Position numbers and translations under genes: made by a program. The notes under the pieces are model-generated. The model did no database searches. It saw only the letters and a list, made by a program, of their open reading frames with translations, and had not been told where the DNA came from. 64,000 bases of DNA, from contig OZ244720.1 of NCBI GenBank assembly GCA_965219085.1, positions 3,168,001-3,232,000 of the forward strand, read 5' to 3'. Source of the stretch: Dehalococcoidia bacterium. Its GTDB lineage: Bacteria; Chloroflexota; Dehalococcoidia; UBA2979. Below, one piece after another: positions 30,616 to 41,127 of this stretch (position 1 is its first letter; each line of letters opens with the position of its first letter).

Positions 30616-30912
30616 ATGTTCGCAACGGTTTTCCGATCGGCCTTCGGCGAGTTGTCCTCAGCAGGGTCATCAGTCGTGGCAATCCTGTGGCTATCTTCGG
30701 ATCAGGTGTCGGCCAGGGCCGCCGACCGACTCCTGCACACCACGATCTTCACGTGTGCGCCGGCGCCGCGGCCCGCCCGCTCCATCTCCGGGATCGCGTA
30801 CTTGCAGGCGCAACCTCCGACTTCCGTAGCGACCGCAACGCCGTCGGCGCCCGTCGGCGCCCGGCGGCGCCGACGGGAGTCCGCTTCGCCGGGCCGCGAC
30901 GCCGACCGGCGC

Positions 30913-32370
30913 TCAGCGATGGCGCCAGGAGAGGAGCGGGAGCAGCTCCGTCACGTCGGGCTGCTCCTCGAGCGCCCAGACGCGGCGCTCCACCTCGCTG
31001 ACGCGCGCGTCGTCGAGGAGGCCGCTGGCGCAATCCTCGAACTTCTCCTCGACCTGCCGATCGGTCAGGGGGTTGTCGGGGCCGCCGCGGTAGGCCTCCC
31101 TGGCCTCGCGCTCGAAGCGACGGCCGTCCCGGGTCTCGAGCACGAGCCGTGAGCGAATCTTGTCGACGCCGCGGGCCTCGATCCCGGCGTCGTGGGCCGT
31201 CTCGACGCGGCGCTGCATCTCCTGGACGTCGGGCCTGTTCACGAAGTCGTCGGTGAACTCGTGCTTCCCCGCGCGCCCGGCGATGGCGATCGCCGAGAGC
31301 AGGAACGCCATCGAGAACTTCCCCTCGAGCTCGGTCGTCGCGACCCGGTAGCGGATCGGACCGAGGATGTTGTTGCCGGCGTAGAGGGTGATGCGGTCGA
31401 TGTCGCCGGAGGAGAGCCCCTCGTCCTGCATCAGCGCCAGGAGCGCGTCCATCGACGGGTGTGTGAGCACGCCGCAGGGGTAAGGCTTGATGGAGACGCC
31501 GGGGCTCTCGATGGAGAGGGGCGCGCCGAAGCGGCCGCGCACGAGCTCCGGCTCGGCGCCTCGGCCGGCGACGGCGAGGTAGCCCCACCGGCCGTCGATC
31601 GCCTCCTCGTGCGCGGTGAAGCCCTCGCTCGCGAGGAGCGCCGCCGTCACGCCGTTCTCGGCGGCGCGGCCGACGTGCAGCGGCTTGGTCATCGTCCCGA
31701 AGTTCACGCGGATCCCCGATGCCATCGAGGCGGCGATCCCGATGGTCCGCGCCGTCGTGGTCGCATCGAGCCCGAGCAGCTTCGCGGCCGCGGTCGCCGC
31801 GCCGAGCGTCCCGAACGTGCCGCTCGAATGGAAGCCACCGATGTAGTGATCCGGCGTCACCGCCTCGTTGAGCTTGCACTCCACCTCGAATCCGGCGACG
31901 AAGGCGGTGAGGAAGCGGCGGCCGCCGACGCCGCCTAGCAGTTCTGCCACGGCGAGGCAGGCGGCAAGCGGCGGCATCGTGGGGTGTGTGAGCAGCCCGT
32001 AGAGCCGCCCCTCCCCCTCGGAAAGCTGCGTGTCGTCCCAGTCCATCGCGTGGCCTGCCGTCCCGTTCCACAGCGCCGCGAGGTGGGCGGGGAGGCGCAC
32101 CGATGCGTCGCCAATGACGCGCGCCTGCGGTGCGCCCCCGACCTGCTGCACGTAGCGGGACAGCACCTCGATTGCGGGCTGCTCCGAGCCGGCGAGGGCG
32201 ACGCCGAGCCCGTCGAGGATGCAGCGGCGCGCGATCCGCAGCGCCTCGGGCGTGATCTGATCGAAGGTGAGGCCGGTGGCGAACTCGACGGCCTCCCGCG
32301 TCAGCCCCTCGCTCGGCTCTCCGCGCGCCCTCCAGCCCGCGTCATCCCGCGCCGTGGTCTGCTGCGTCAT
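30913..32370 (-). CDS. MmgE/PrpD family protein
   Basis: CILDGLGVALAG, GHAMDWDDT, GTMTKPLHVG, IKPYPCG. Confidence 0.92.
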   Translation of the reverse strand: MTQQTTARDDAGWRARGEPSEGLTREAVEFATGLTFDQITPEALRIARRCILDGLGVALAGSEQPAIEVLSRYVQQVGGAPQARVIGDASVRLPAHLAALWNGTAGHAMDWDDTQLSEGEGRLYGLLTHPTMPPLAACLAVAELLGGVGGRRFLTAFVAGFEVECKLNEAVTPDHYIGGFHSSGTFGTLGAATAAAKLLGLDATTTARTIGIAASMASGIRVNFGTMTKPLHVGRAAENGVTAALLASEGFTAHEEAIDGRWGYLAVAGRGAEPELVRGRFGAPLSIESPGVSIKPYPCGVLTHPSMDALLALMQDEGLSSGDIDRITLYAGNNILGPIRYRVATTELEGKFSMAFLLSAIAIAGRAGKHEFTDDFVNRPDVQEMQRRVETAHDAGIEARGVDKIRSRLVLETRDGRRFEREAREAYRGGPDNPLTDRQVEEKFEDCASGLLDDARVSEVERRVWALEEQPDVTELLPLLSWRHR

Positions 32371-32555
32371 CTGGCGCGCCCCTCCCCCGCGGCCCGGACC
32401 CGAGCGCCGATCATACGTGAGCCCTTCGGGCTGGCCCCCCGGCGAGGTCAAGCAGCCCCCGGCCTCCTCCGACCCCATATGAGACACGAATCAGCGCGGA
32501 TGACTCGACCGCAAGGAACGTGCCGGACTGCCGATCGATCCCGTACCCTCGACGC

Positions 32556-32900
32556 ATGACCGACTCATCGGGAGCCGCCCGGACAGCGACCGTCGTGACC
32601 GTGTACCCCATGACCGGCCGGCAGCTCTTCTTCAACGTCCCGCACGCCATCTGCGAGGAGTGCGACCTGACCGTCCGCCTCGTCCAGCGTGTCGCCTCCG
32701 ACCTCCCCTATGTCGAGGTTCGTATCAAGCCGTGGTTCAACCACCTCTTCGACGCCCTGCGCCGTGGCGGCTGGCACCCGCCGGTCGTGACGATCAACGG
32801 CAGGATCACCACCCAGGGGGTCGTCCCTGACGAGGACCGGCTCCGCCACGCCCTCGAGCGCGCCGCGCCTACCACGGTCGCCGGCGCCGATGACGCCTGA
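32556..32900 (+). CDS. Small thioredoxin-like protein (CxxC)
   Basis: ICEECDL and HPPVVTING cis-Pro region. Confidence 0.6.
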   Translation: MTDSSGAARTATVVTVYPMTGRQLFFNVPHAICEECDLTVRLVQRVASDLPYVEVRIKPWFNHLFDALRRGGWHPPVVTINGRITTQGVVPDEDRLRHALERAAPTTVAGADDA

Positions 32901-33798
32901 CGACGCCCCCGCTGCCACCGAGGCTCGACGCACCCTCCTCGGCGGGCAGCTCGCGGTCGGCTCCACCCGCGAGTGGCTTCGGGCCTGGGCAGCCATCCTC
33001 ATCCTGCTCGGTCCCGCGAGGCTCGTCCTTCGCCTCGCCGCGGCACTGCCGGACCGGGGCCCCGCGGGCATCCGTGGCCGGGCGGCCGTACGGGGCGCCG
33101 AGCGCTGGTGGGCTCGGCTCGCCGCCCGCTTCATCGGGCTGCGCCTGCACATCAGCGGCCTCGAACACATCGACCCGGACGAGCGATACGTCGTCGTCTC
33201 CCTCCACGAGGGCTTCGCCGACGGCCTCGCCCTCCTCCATCTTCCCCTCTCGCTCACCGCCGTCGCCCGCGACGAGCTCGCCACGTTCCCGTTCCTCGGC
33301 GGCCAGCTCGCGCGCGGGCGACACCTCTTCATCCGCCCCGAGCGCCCGCTCAGTGCCGCCCGCACGCTCCATCGCGGCGCCCGCGCTGCCATCGAGGCCG
33401 GCGACAGCGTCCTCTTGTTCCCGCAGGGCTCGATCCTCGGCATCGAGATCGCGTTCCAGCCTGGAGCGTTTCGCCTGGCGGGCCGCCTCGGCCGCCCGCT
33501 CCTCCCGATCGTCGTCACGGGCGGGCACCGTGTCTGGGAGCACCCCTTCACCCCCACCCTGCGCGCCAACCAGTCCATGAGCGTCGCCGTGCTCCCGCCC
33601 GTCCCGCCCGGCGAAGCCGTCTCCCGGCGAGCCCACATCGAGCGGTGCATGAGACAACTTGCGCTCGCCAGCGCCACGCCGCCTCGGCACTTCGACCCCA
33701 GCCGCGACGGCTACTGGGACGGCTACCGCTACGAGATCGACGACGCCTTCGCCGACCTCGCCCAACGGATCGCCAGCCATCGCCGCGGCGTCACCTGA
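32890..33798 (+). CDS. Lysophospholipid acyltransferase (PlsC-like)
   Basis: HEGFAD (HxxxxD), LLFPQGS, PIVVTG. Confidence 0.82.
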   Translation: MTPDDAPAATEARRTLLGGQLAVGSTREWLRAWAAILILLGPARLVLRLAAALPDRGPAGIRGRAAVRGAERWWARLAARFIGLRLHISGLEHIDPDERYVVVSLHEGFADGLALLHLPLSLTAVARDELATFPFLGGQLARGRHLFIRPERPLSAARTLHRGARAAIEAGDSVLLFPQGSILGIEIAFQPGAFRLAGRLGRPLLPIVVTGGHRVWEHPFTPTLRANQSMSVAVLPPVPPGEAVSRRAHIERCMRQLALASATPPRHFDPSRDGYWDGYRYEIDDAFADLAQRIASHRRGVT

Positions 33799-33819
33799 CG
33801 GCCTGTGTTCAGCGCCCCG

Positions 33820-34729
33820 CTAGCTGTCGCCGGCGAATCGCGGCATCACCTCGGTGGCAAAGGTCTCCAGGTTCCTCAGCGATTTGCTCAGCGGAATCCC
33901 CATGTGTGAGAACTCGACAAGCAGGTAGTCCAGGTGGCATATCTCCCGTAGCTCCTGGATCTTCTCCGCCACGTCATCAGGGGAACCGACAAGCAGGCTA
34001 CGCGGCTCCAGGAAGTCCCAGTCGAGCTTCACGTCGTCGCCCAGAACCTCGCCGGGGTTGGTGAACACCTGCCTGCCGCGAAACGGATCGTTGAAGATGA
34101 ATGCGGACATGATGCGTGCTTCCGCATCCCGCCGTGCCTCTTCCATCGAGGAGGCGACATACATGGATCGCATGACCGCCTGGTCTTCTCCCAGGGCGAA
34201 GGGTCGCCCCTCCCGCTTTGTCCTGACCTGGGCGTAGAGTTCCATCCGCTCCCTGATCCTGAGCGCAGGGGGCTGCCAGTAGCACGCCTTCAGTCCGAGC
34301 TCGGCCGCAGTCGTCACGGATCGGTCCGTGGAGACGGTCATCCACAGCGGCGGGTGGGGTTTCTGGTAGGGCCTCGGTGTCACCCGAAGCTTCGTGACCC
34401 GCTCCCCGTCCTGCCATTCAGGGTTCGGCGGATACAGCGGATGGGAGAAGACGGTGCCGTCGGCACGGAAGCTGTAGTTGGTTCCCTGGTATGAGAAGTA
34501 CTCGTTGGCCCAGATCCCCCTCGCTATCTCCACCGTCTCCTGGAAGAGCTCCCTGTTCTCCTTATCCAGGCGAGGGTCCGCGTTGGGATGGAACTGTGGA
34601 CCCTCGTACGGCCAGACTCCCCTGCCGAAGCCGACCTCCACGCGTCCGCGGGTCAGGTTGTCCAGGATCGCAACGTCTTCGGCGAGCCGTATCGGATGCC
34701 GCCACGGTCGTAAACGCCGCGAACTTCAT
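33820..34729 (-). pseudogene. LLM-class flavin-dependent oxidoreductase with an N-terminal internal deletion
   Basis: MKFAAFTTV jumps out of frame straight to HPIRLAEDVAILDNLTRGRVEVGFGRG; PRPYQKPHPP intact. Confidence 0.8.
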
Positions 34730-35072
34730 GCCTGGAACCTCCTGTGTGACGGGGCCTTGAGCGCCTCTGAACAGGTCGTGCCCGGCCTCCGGACCGCGAC
34801 CTGCCGGTGGGCCCGCGCGTACTGTACTGCGAACGTTCGAGTGGGCGGTGGCGTTGTAGCTGGCGGCACGCTCACGTCGCCCCGGCAGTGGGCTCACGCC
34901 ACGTCGGCGTTGAGCGCATGACCGCCCCTTCGCGAAGGGCGCGGCGGGCGCCCCCGCCGGGCGGTCGCTGCAACCGGCTTCCGGCACGAAGTGCGGTCCG
35001 ACGAGTGTGCGCAGGCGAACCCGCGTGAGACTGACCGCGGTCCACGACGTGGGCGTAGTACTCCAGGGACGG

Positions 35073-36125
35073 TCATGCGAGAGCGAGGATGTTGGCCGGG
35101 TTGTCCTCCGTAATCGCCCGAATCTCATCTCCCGAAAAGCCCTTGCGCCGCATCGTGGGAACGATGTTCTCGAGGATGTGGCCGTAGCCGTGCCCGCCGT
35201 ACGTCACCAGCCGGTGCTTCGTGAAGATGTCCTGCCCCATGACGACCCTGTCGGAGTAGCCCGCGTCGGCGATGCGCTTGATGACGTCCAGCCGCTGGGC
35301 GTCGCTGGGCATGTCGAGTGCGGCCTGGGGATAGTAAGATCCCTCATTGCCGAACAGATCCCATTCGAGGTAGCAGCCCGACTCGGCGATGCTCCGAAGC
35401 GCGTCGAACTCGAACACCGTGCGGTCCAGATGTCCCATGATTACCCGGGAAATGTCCGCGCCGCTGTTCGCCAGCAGTTCCAGTATCTGGGCGGGCGCAT
35501 CCTGATTTCGTCCCGGATGAATCAATATCGCCGCGCCTGTCTCCCGCTGCGCAATGGCCGCCGCCGCAAGCGACTTGCGCTCGTTCGTCGTGAGCGGCCA
35601 GCTGCAGCCGACCTCCCCGATGATGCCCGCCTTGATGCCGGTGCCGTCGACGCCTTCCGTCAGGTCGGCGGCAATCTCGAGCGCAAGATCCTCCGCACTC
35701 CGCTGATCCATACCCACGGGATGGACCGCGTCCACGTAGAAGCCGGCGCCCATGATGATGTGCACTCCCGATTCGCGGGAGACGCGGGCCAGCACGGCGG
35801 GGTCGCGCCCGATGCCCGCTGTCGTCGCATCTACGATCGCGCCGCCTCCGACGTCTCTGTACATCCTGACTTCCCGGATGGCGGTGTCCGGGTCCATCAA
35901 GTGCAGATTGGATTGGTTGCTGTAGTAGTTGCGCCGTATCCATCCCAGGTTATTCAGCGCTATGGGGGCGTCCTCCAGTTCCCGGGACGCCGAGAACTGG
36001 GCAGGGCGAAACAAGAACGAGAGGTCGGCATGGAGGTGCTCATGAGTCGTGGCGGGACCAAGCTTCGATGGTGGCACGGGACCCAAGACGGTCTGGATGA
36101 GACCTTGATTCTCTCTTCGTGGCAT
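35073..36125 (-). CDS. Phosphotriesterase family (amidohydrolase) protein
   Basis: IQTVLGPV, THEHL, GIIGEVG, LIHPGR, MGHLDR, GQDI. Confidence 0.92.
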   Translation of the reverse strand: MPRRENQGLIQTVLGPVPPSKLGPATTHEHLHADLSFLFRPAQFSASRELEDAPIALNNLGWIRRNYYSNQSNLHLMDPDTAIREVRMYRDVGGGAIVDATTAGIGRDPAVLARVSRESGVHIIMGAGFYVDAVHPVGMDQRSAEDLALEIAADLTEGVDGTGIKAGIIGEVGCSWPLTTNERKSLAAAAIAQRETGAAILIHPGRNQDAPAQILELLANSGADISRVIMGHLDRTVFEFDALRSIAESGCYLEWDLFGNEGSYYPQAALDMPSDAQRLDVIKRIADAGYSDRVVMGQDIFTKHRLVTYGGHGYGHILENIVPTMRRKGFSGDEIRAITEDNPANILALA

Positions 36126-36531
36126 GGGGTTGATCCTCGTGTAGCGTGCTCCACAAGTCCAACATGACCCGTTCAGCCGCGCAAGACTTCGCCTCTCGAG
36201 TCCGAGGTCGCGTCGGTCACTGGCGATCCCGCCCGAGGGCCGCAGGACGTAGTTGAGCACCAGCAGCATCGCGCCCTTCCGCCACCCTCGGGAGGTCGAG
36301 CGCCGCTCCGATCACGTCAACTCGGCGCGGACGGAATAATGGCGACGCACAGCCTCGAGACGAAGTACGCCAGGCGGGATCTCGCAGTGGCTTACCTGAC
36401 GCCGGCAGGTCTCCACTGCTCTCCGCGCGTGGCCGCGATATCTGACGCCGTGCTCTGGAGCAGCGACACCCGTGCACAGACGAGGCCCCCACCACGCGAC
36501 GCGACATGACCCCCTCGGCGTTCCCCGCTAG

Positions 36532-36682
36532 CAAGGTGCTGAAAAACCCCTGAAGGCGCGGAAACGGAGCGCTTGGAGCGCTGCGGAGCTACAAGAACCC
36601 CTTTAAAACAAAGGGTTTCGCGTGAGCCGCAATCAGCCGATTCAGGGCCGAGACCGCCCGGGAAGACTTTTTCAGCAGCCTG
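36532..36682. mobile_element. 151-bp MITE with IS5/IS1182-like ends
   Basis: Inverted repeats CAAGGTGCTGAAAAA / TTTTTCAGCAGCCTG (13/15); CTAG on both sides (36528-36531, 36683-36686); no transposase. Confidence 0.75.
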
Positions 36683-36686
36683 CTAG

Positions 36687-37286
36687 TTAGTCCTGTCCTG
36701 ACGCCGTGGTCCTTGCGGCCGCGCGGATCGCCTCCATGAGCGAGCTTCGCAAGTCCTCGCCCGTGCGGAACCGCGCGGGGTGCGCCTCGGACTGCTCCGC
36801 CCGCGCTTCTGTCGACTCGTCGGTGTCGCGGTCGTCCTCGGCGGCCCGTTCCGGCGTCTCGCCGTCGTTGAGCTGGTGGAACCACGCGTGCGGGGCCGGC
36901 AGTGCTGTTGCGGTCCACGGCTCCGCCGGGCCGTAGACGAGGAAGATGTCCCAGGCGGTCTGGTGCTTCCAGCCCAACCGGCGCGCCATCGCGCGGCCGA
37001 GCCGCTGCTCGGGATCGTGGAACGCCGCCATCCGGGAATCCGCGACTCGCGCGGCCTCTTCGCGCGCGGCTTCGAGGTTGTCGGCCGGCAGCATGTCGAT
37101 GAAGACCCGCGCCATGCGGAAGTCCAGCCCGGGTTCGTTGAGGAGCGGTTCGAGTGCCTCCCGGGCACCACTGACGCAGCGCTCTCAGGTCGCCGAGTTG
37201 ATCGCCACGAGGCGAGCAGAATCGCTGTGCGCGTTGAACCACTGTCGCAGCGGTTTCAGGCTGCCCGAGAGGTCGTGGACCATCAT
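36687..37286 (-). CDS. Thioredoxin-fold selenoprotein (UxxC), 199 aa
   Basis: AGGAGG RBS; MMVHDLSGSLKPLRQWFNAHSDSARLVAINSAT-TGA-ERCVSGA reads in frame into ORF 36687-37115; TGA at 37185-37187 followed by a hairpin. Confidence 0.8.
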
Positions 37287-37526
37287 GTCTGCGCCTCCTG
37301 CACGAACTGTAGCAACGCTCGCACCCTGCGTGCTCATCCTTCGCCGTCACTCCTGCTTCGCCCGGCGACCCCTCGTGAGCCGCGACCGGTCGTACGCTCC
37401 CGTTATGTCGGTTCGGGCAGCAGTTCCGAGCAGCCTGCACACCCGAAGGCGCTGTATGGGCACGCGCCCTCCCCAGCCGGCATGGCATCATGCGCAGGAT
37501 CGCGGCAGGCGAGAAAGGAGCCCGAC

Positions 37527-38354
37527 ATGTCCGATTGGGAATTCATCGAGGTAGAGCGGGAAGGGCGCGTCGGGATCGTGCGCTTCAACCGGCCGGATCG
37601 GATGAACGCGATGGGCGCCGAGCTGGGCTCCGAGGTCTACCACGCGCTCGAGGAGTTCAACGCCGACCCCGGCATCGGCGCGATCGTGACGACCGGCAAC
37701 GGTCGCGCGTACAGCTCCGGCGCCGACCTGAGCGCGCGCATGGGCGGCGACTTCGACACCACGCGGCCGCCGACGACGAACGTGAGCCCATGGGAGCCCG
37801 AGTTCCTCGCGCTCAGGTGCAAGCCGCTGATCGCCGCGGTCAACGGGGTCGCGCTGGGCGTCGGCATCACCTCACTCCTCTGGTACGACTCGATCGTCGC
37901 TTCAACCCAGGCGCGCTTCTCGATGCGCTTCGCGGCGATTGGCCTGACGCCCGAGCTCGGTTCGGCGTGGGCGCTGCCTCGGCTGATCGGCCTCCACAAC
38001 GCTAAGCAGATGATGCTCACGGGGCGGATCTACAGCGCGCAGGAGGCCTTCGAGTTCGGTCTGGTGCACCGGCTGGTCGAGCCCGACCAGCTCATGCCCG
38101 AGGCGGTCGCGCTCGCGCAGGAAATCGCCGCGAACCCCACGTCGACGTTGCGCACGATCAAGGAGCTGGCGTTCCGGGAGCTGTTCGCGCCCAGCCTGGA
38201 AGCGACGGAGCAGCGGTCCACCTCGACATTCAATGCAGCGCTCGAGACGCCCGAGCACCGCGAGGCGATCCGCGCGTTCGCGGAGAAGCGCGCGCCCCGA
38301 TTCCACGACGCTGAGCGCATGCGCGAGGTGGTCGAGGAGATGCGCGAGGGCTAG
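37527..38354 (+). CDS. Enoyl-CoA hydratase/isomerase family protein
   Basis: FNRPDRMNAM, AYSSGADL, KPLIAAVNG, GLTPELG. Confidence 0.92.
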   Translation: MSDWEFIEVEREGRVGIVRFNRPDRMNAMGAELGSEVYHALEEFNADPGIGAIVTTGNGRAYSSGADLSARMGGDFDTTRPPTTNVSPWEPEFLALRCKPLIAAVNGVALGVGITSLLWYDSIVASTQARFSMRFAAIGLTPELGSAWALPRLIGLHNAKQMMLTGRIYSAQEAFEFGLVHRLVEPDQLMPEAVALAQEIAANPTSTLRTIKELAFRELFAPSLEATEQRSTSTFNAALETPEHREAIRAFAEKRAPRFHDAERMREVVEEMREG

Positions 38355-38357
38355 CCG

Positions 38358-39545
38358 TTGGCGCAGCTGCCCGCATCCGCGCTGACGCACTTGGAGTGCT
38401 CGATCTGCGGCGCGCGCCACGAGTGCGACGAGTTGCAGACGATCTGCCGTGAGTGCGGCCGCGTGCTGTTCGCGCGTTACGATCTCGACGCCGCGAGGGA
38501 GACCCTGACACGCGAGGCACTGCGCGGACGCGAGGCCTCGATGTGGCGCTACGCCGAGGTGATGCCCGCGAGCGAGCTTGCAGGCTCGGTGTCCCTCGGC
38601 GAGGGCATGACCCCGCTGCTTGCCGCACCGCGGCTCGGGGCGGAGCTCGGTTGCAGCGATCTGCTGGTGAAGGACGAGGGCGGTAACCCGACCGGATCGT
38701 TCAAGGCGCGCGGCACTGCCGCCGCGATGGCCATGGCGGGGCGCCTCGGCGTGACCGACATCGGCATGCCGACCGCCGGAAACGCCGGCTCAGCCGCAGC
38801 CGCCTACGCCGCGCACAGCGGCATCACCGCCCACGTCGCGATGCCTGCCGACACCCCGGCGGCGATCATCCAGGAGGTGCTGAACCTCGGCGCCGATCTT
38901 CAGCTCGTCGACGGGCTGATCACCGACGCCGGACGGCTCATCGCCGAGCGCTGCCGCGAGCACGGCTGGTTCGAGATGTCGACGCTCAAGGAGCCGTACC
39001 GCGCCGAGGGCAAGAAGACGATGGGGTACGAGCTCTGGGAGCAACTCGATGGCGAGTTACCGGACGTGGTGCTCTATCCGACCGGCGGGGGGACCGGGCT
39101 GATCGGGATGTGGAAGGCGTTCGAGGAGCTGGAAGCGATGGGGTTGATCGGCAGCGAGCGGCCTCGCATGTGCGTCGTGCAGTCCGACGGCTGCGCACCG
39201 ATCGTGCGCGCCTGGAGCAACGGCGACGATCGCGCCGAGCCGTGGCAGGACGCGGCGACGGTCGCGCCCGGCATCCGCGTGCCCGCCCCGTTCGCCGACG
39301 ACCTGATCCTGCGCACCCTGCGCGAGAGCGGTGGCGCGGCCATCGCCGTCCCCGACGAGTCGATCGTGCCCGCGATGCGCCGCTTCGGCCGCACCGAGGG
39401 CATCGACGCCTGCCCCGAGGGCGCATCGACGCTCGTGGGGCTCGAGATGCTGCTCGTGGCAGGGACGATCCAGCCCGACGAGCGGATCGTGCTGTTCAAC
39501 ACTGGCACGGGTCTCAAGCACCCGGAACTGCGCCCGGAAGTCTGA
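38358..39545 (+). CDS. thrC: Threonine synthase-like PLP-dependent enzyme
   Basis: N-terminal CxxC..CxxC, SLGEGMTPL, NPTGSFKARG, EGKKTMGYE, TGTGLK. Confidence 0.82.
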   Translation: MAQLPASALTHLECSICGARHECDELQTICRECGRVLFARYDLDAARETLTREALRGREASMWRYAEVMPASELAGSVSLGEGMTPLLAAPRLGAELGCSDLLVKDEGGNPTGSFKARGTAAAMAMAGRLGVTDIGMPTAGNAGSAAAAYAAHSGITAHVAMPADTPAAIIQEVLNLGADLQLVDGLITDAGRLIAERCREHGWFEMSTLKEPYRAEGKKTMGYELWEQLDGELPDVVLYPTGGGTGLIGMWKAFEELEAMGLIGSERPRMCVVQSDGCAPIVRAWSNGDDRAEPWQDAATVAPGIRVPAPFADDLILRTLRESGGAAIAVPDESIVPAMRRFGRTEGIDACPEGASTLVGLEMLLVAGTIQPDERIVLFNTGTGLKHPELRPEV

Positions 39546-39578
39546 TGGGCCGCGTGCACTCTCCAGGCACGCAAGAGA

Positions 39579-39609
39579 CCGGGCCCACCGCATATGCGGC
39601 AGGCCCGGC
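39579..39609. terminator. GC-rich hairpin between convergent genes
   Basis: CCGGGCC-CA-CCGC-ATAT-GCGG-CA-GGCCCGG; no U-tract. Confidence 0.4.
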
Positions 39610-39633
39610 CTTGTGGTCGCTACCGATTGGCCG

Positions 39634-40863
39634 CTAGCCGCGCGGCAGCTGCAGTCCGCGCGTCGCGATGATGTTGCGCTGGATCTCGGACGAGCCGCCC
39701 GCGATCGTCATCACCACCGAGTGCACGTTCGTCTGCGTGAACTCCCCGTACTGCGCTGCGTGCGGGCTGTCCGGGTCCCAGACGTTCGAGTAGAGCCCGT
39801 ACGTCTTGATGCCGGTCCGCGAGACGCGCTGCATCAGCTCGGTGTTGAACATCTTCGTCGTCGACGCCTCGTAGTTCGGGATGAGGCCCCGTGACTGCAG
39901 CGAGATGACGCGGAACGAGAAGTTGAACATCACTTCCGTGTCGATGTAGTGCTGCGCGATGTCCAGACGCTGCCGCTGCAGGCCGCCGTGCTCGATCTGC
40001 GACATGCCGTGCTCGCTCTGCACGTTCTCGCGCAGGCGGTCGAGCTGCTTGCGGATCGCGATCGCGCCGTCCACGAACGAGCGCTCGTAGTCGAGCAGCG
40101 TGACGCCGACGTACCAGCCGCGGTTCTCCTCGCCGATGAGGTTCTCGGCGGGGACGTGCACGTCCTCGTAGAACGTCTCGTTGGTGGCGTGCTCCCAGCC
40201 CATCGAGATGATCGGGCGCACGTTGATGCCCGGCGTCGCCATGTCCATCACGAGGAACGAGATGCCGCGGTGCTTCGGCGCCGAGGGGTCGGTGCGGAAC
40301 ATGCCGAAGATCCAGTTCGACTTGTGCGCCGTCGACGTCCACATCTTCTGGCCGTTGATGACGTAGTCGTCACCGTCGCGCACCGCGCGCGTCTGTAGCG
40401 ATGCGAGGTCGGAACCGGCGCCCGGCTCGGAGAAGCCCTGCGCCCACAGGATGTCGCCGGCGAGTGTCGGCGCCAGCAGCTGCTCCTTCTGCGCATCGGT
40501 GCCGTGTACAAGCACGGTCGGTCCGAGCAGGCTGAGACCGGAGCCACCGATCTTCGGCGCCTCAAGCTCGGCCATCTCCTGATTGAAGATGAACTGCTCC
40601 ATCGTGCTCAGGCCGCCGCCGCCGTACTCCCTGGGCCAGTGCGGGGCGGACCAGCCACGCTCGAGCAGCGCGTCGGCCCATTCCTTGGCGGCCTGCTTGG
40701 CGTCGTCGTCGCCGTGGACGATGTCTTCCTGCCAGTCACCTTCGAGGCCGGCCGGGCGAGGATCGTCGCCCCTGGCCCGGTAGAACTGCGGCAGGTTCTG
40801 CTGGATGAATGTCCGCACGCCACTGCGGAAGTCTGCCTGCTCCTGAGAGTCGGCCCACTCCAT
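39634..40863 (-). CDS. Acyl-CoA dehydrogenase family protein
   Basis: WAQGFSEPGAGSDLASL, NGQKMWTS, IAGGSSEIQRNII. Confidence 0.93.
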   Translation of the reverse strand: MEWADSQEQADFRSGVRTFIQQNLPQFYRARGDDPRPAGLEGDWQEDIVHGDDDAKQAAKEWADALLERGWSAPHWPREYGGGGLSTMEQFIFNQEMAELEAPKIGGSGLSLLGPTVLVHGTDAQKEQLLAPTLAGDILWAQGFSEPGAGSDLASLQTRAVRDGDDYVINGQKMWTSTAHKSNWIFGMFRTDPSAPKHRGISFLVMDMATPGINVRPIISMGWEHATNETFYEDVHVPAENLIGEENRGWYVGVTLLDYERSFVDGAIAIRKQLDRLRENVQSEHGMSQIEHGGLQRQRLDIAQHYIDTEVMFNFSFRVISLQSRGLIPNYEASTTKMFNTELMQRVSRTGIKTYGLYSNVWDPDSPHAAQYGEFTQTNVHSVVMTIAGGSSEIQRNIIATRGLQLPRG

Positions 40864-41127
40864 GGTTGGTCTCCTTCGATGCTGCCGACGCCGAACCCGT
40901 CTCGCTGGCGTCGTGCGCACTATGCCAGACGCAGCCCCGGCCGTGCGAATGACGGCGACGCCACGCGCGCGGTTCGCCCGGGCGCGCATCGGCTACGATG
41001 CAGCCTCGCACCCGTCCCCGCGCGTGCACCTGCGCGCGGGAAGCCGGCCGGCGGGCCGTTGGAAGGCCGTCCAGTGGTAGCGGGTGTCCGCGACCCCATC
41101 GAGATAGCCGTCCTCTCGCACGACGGC

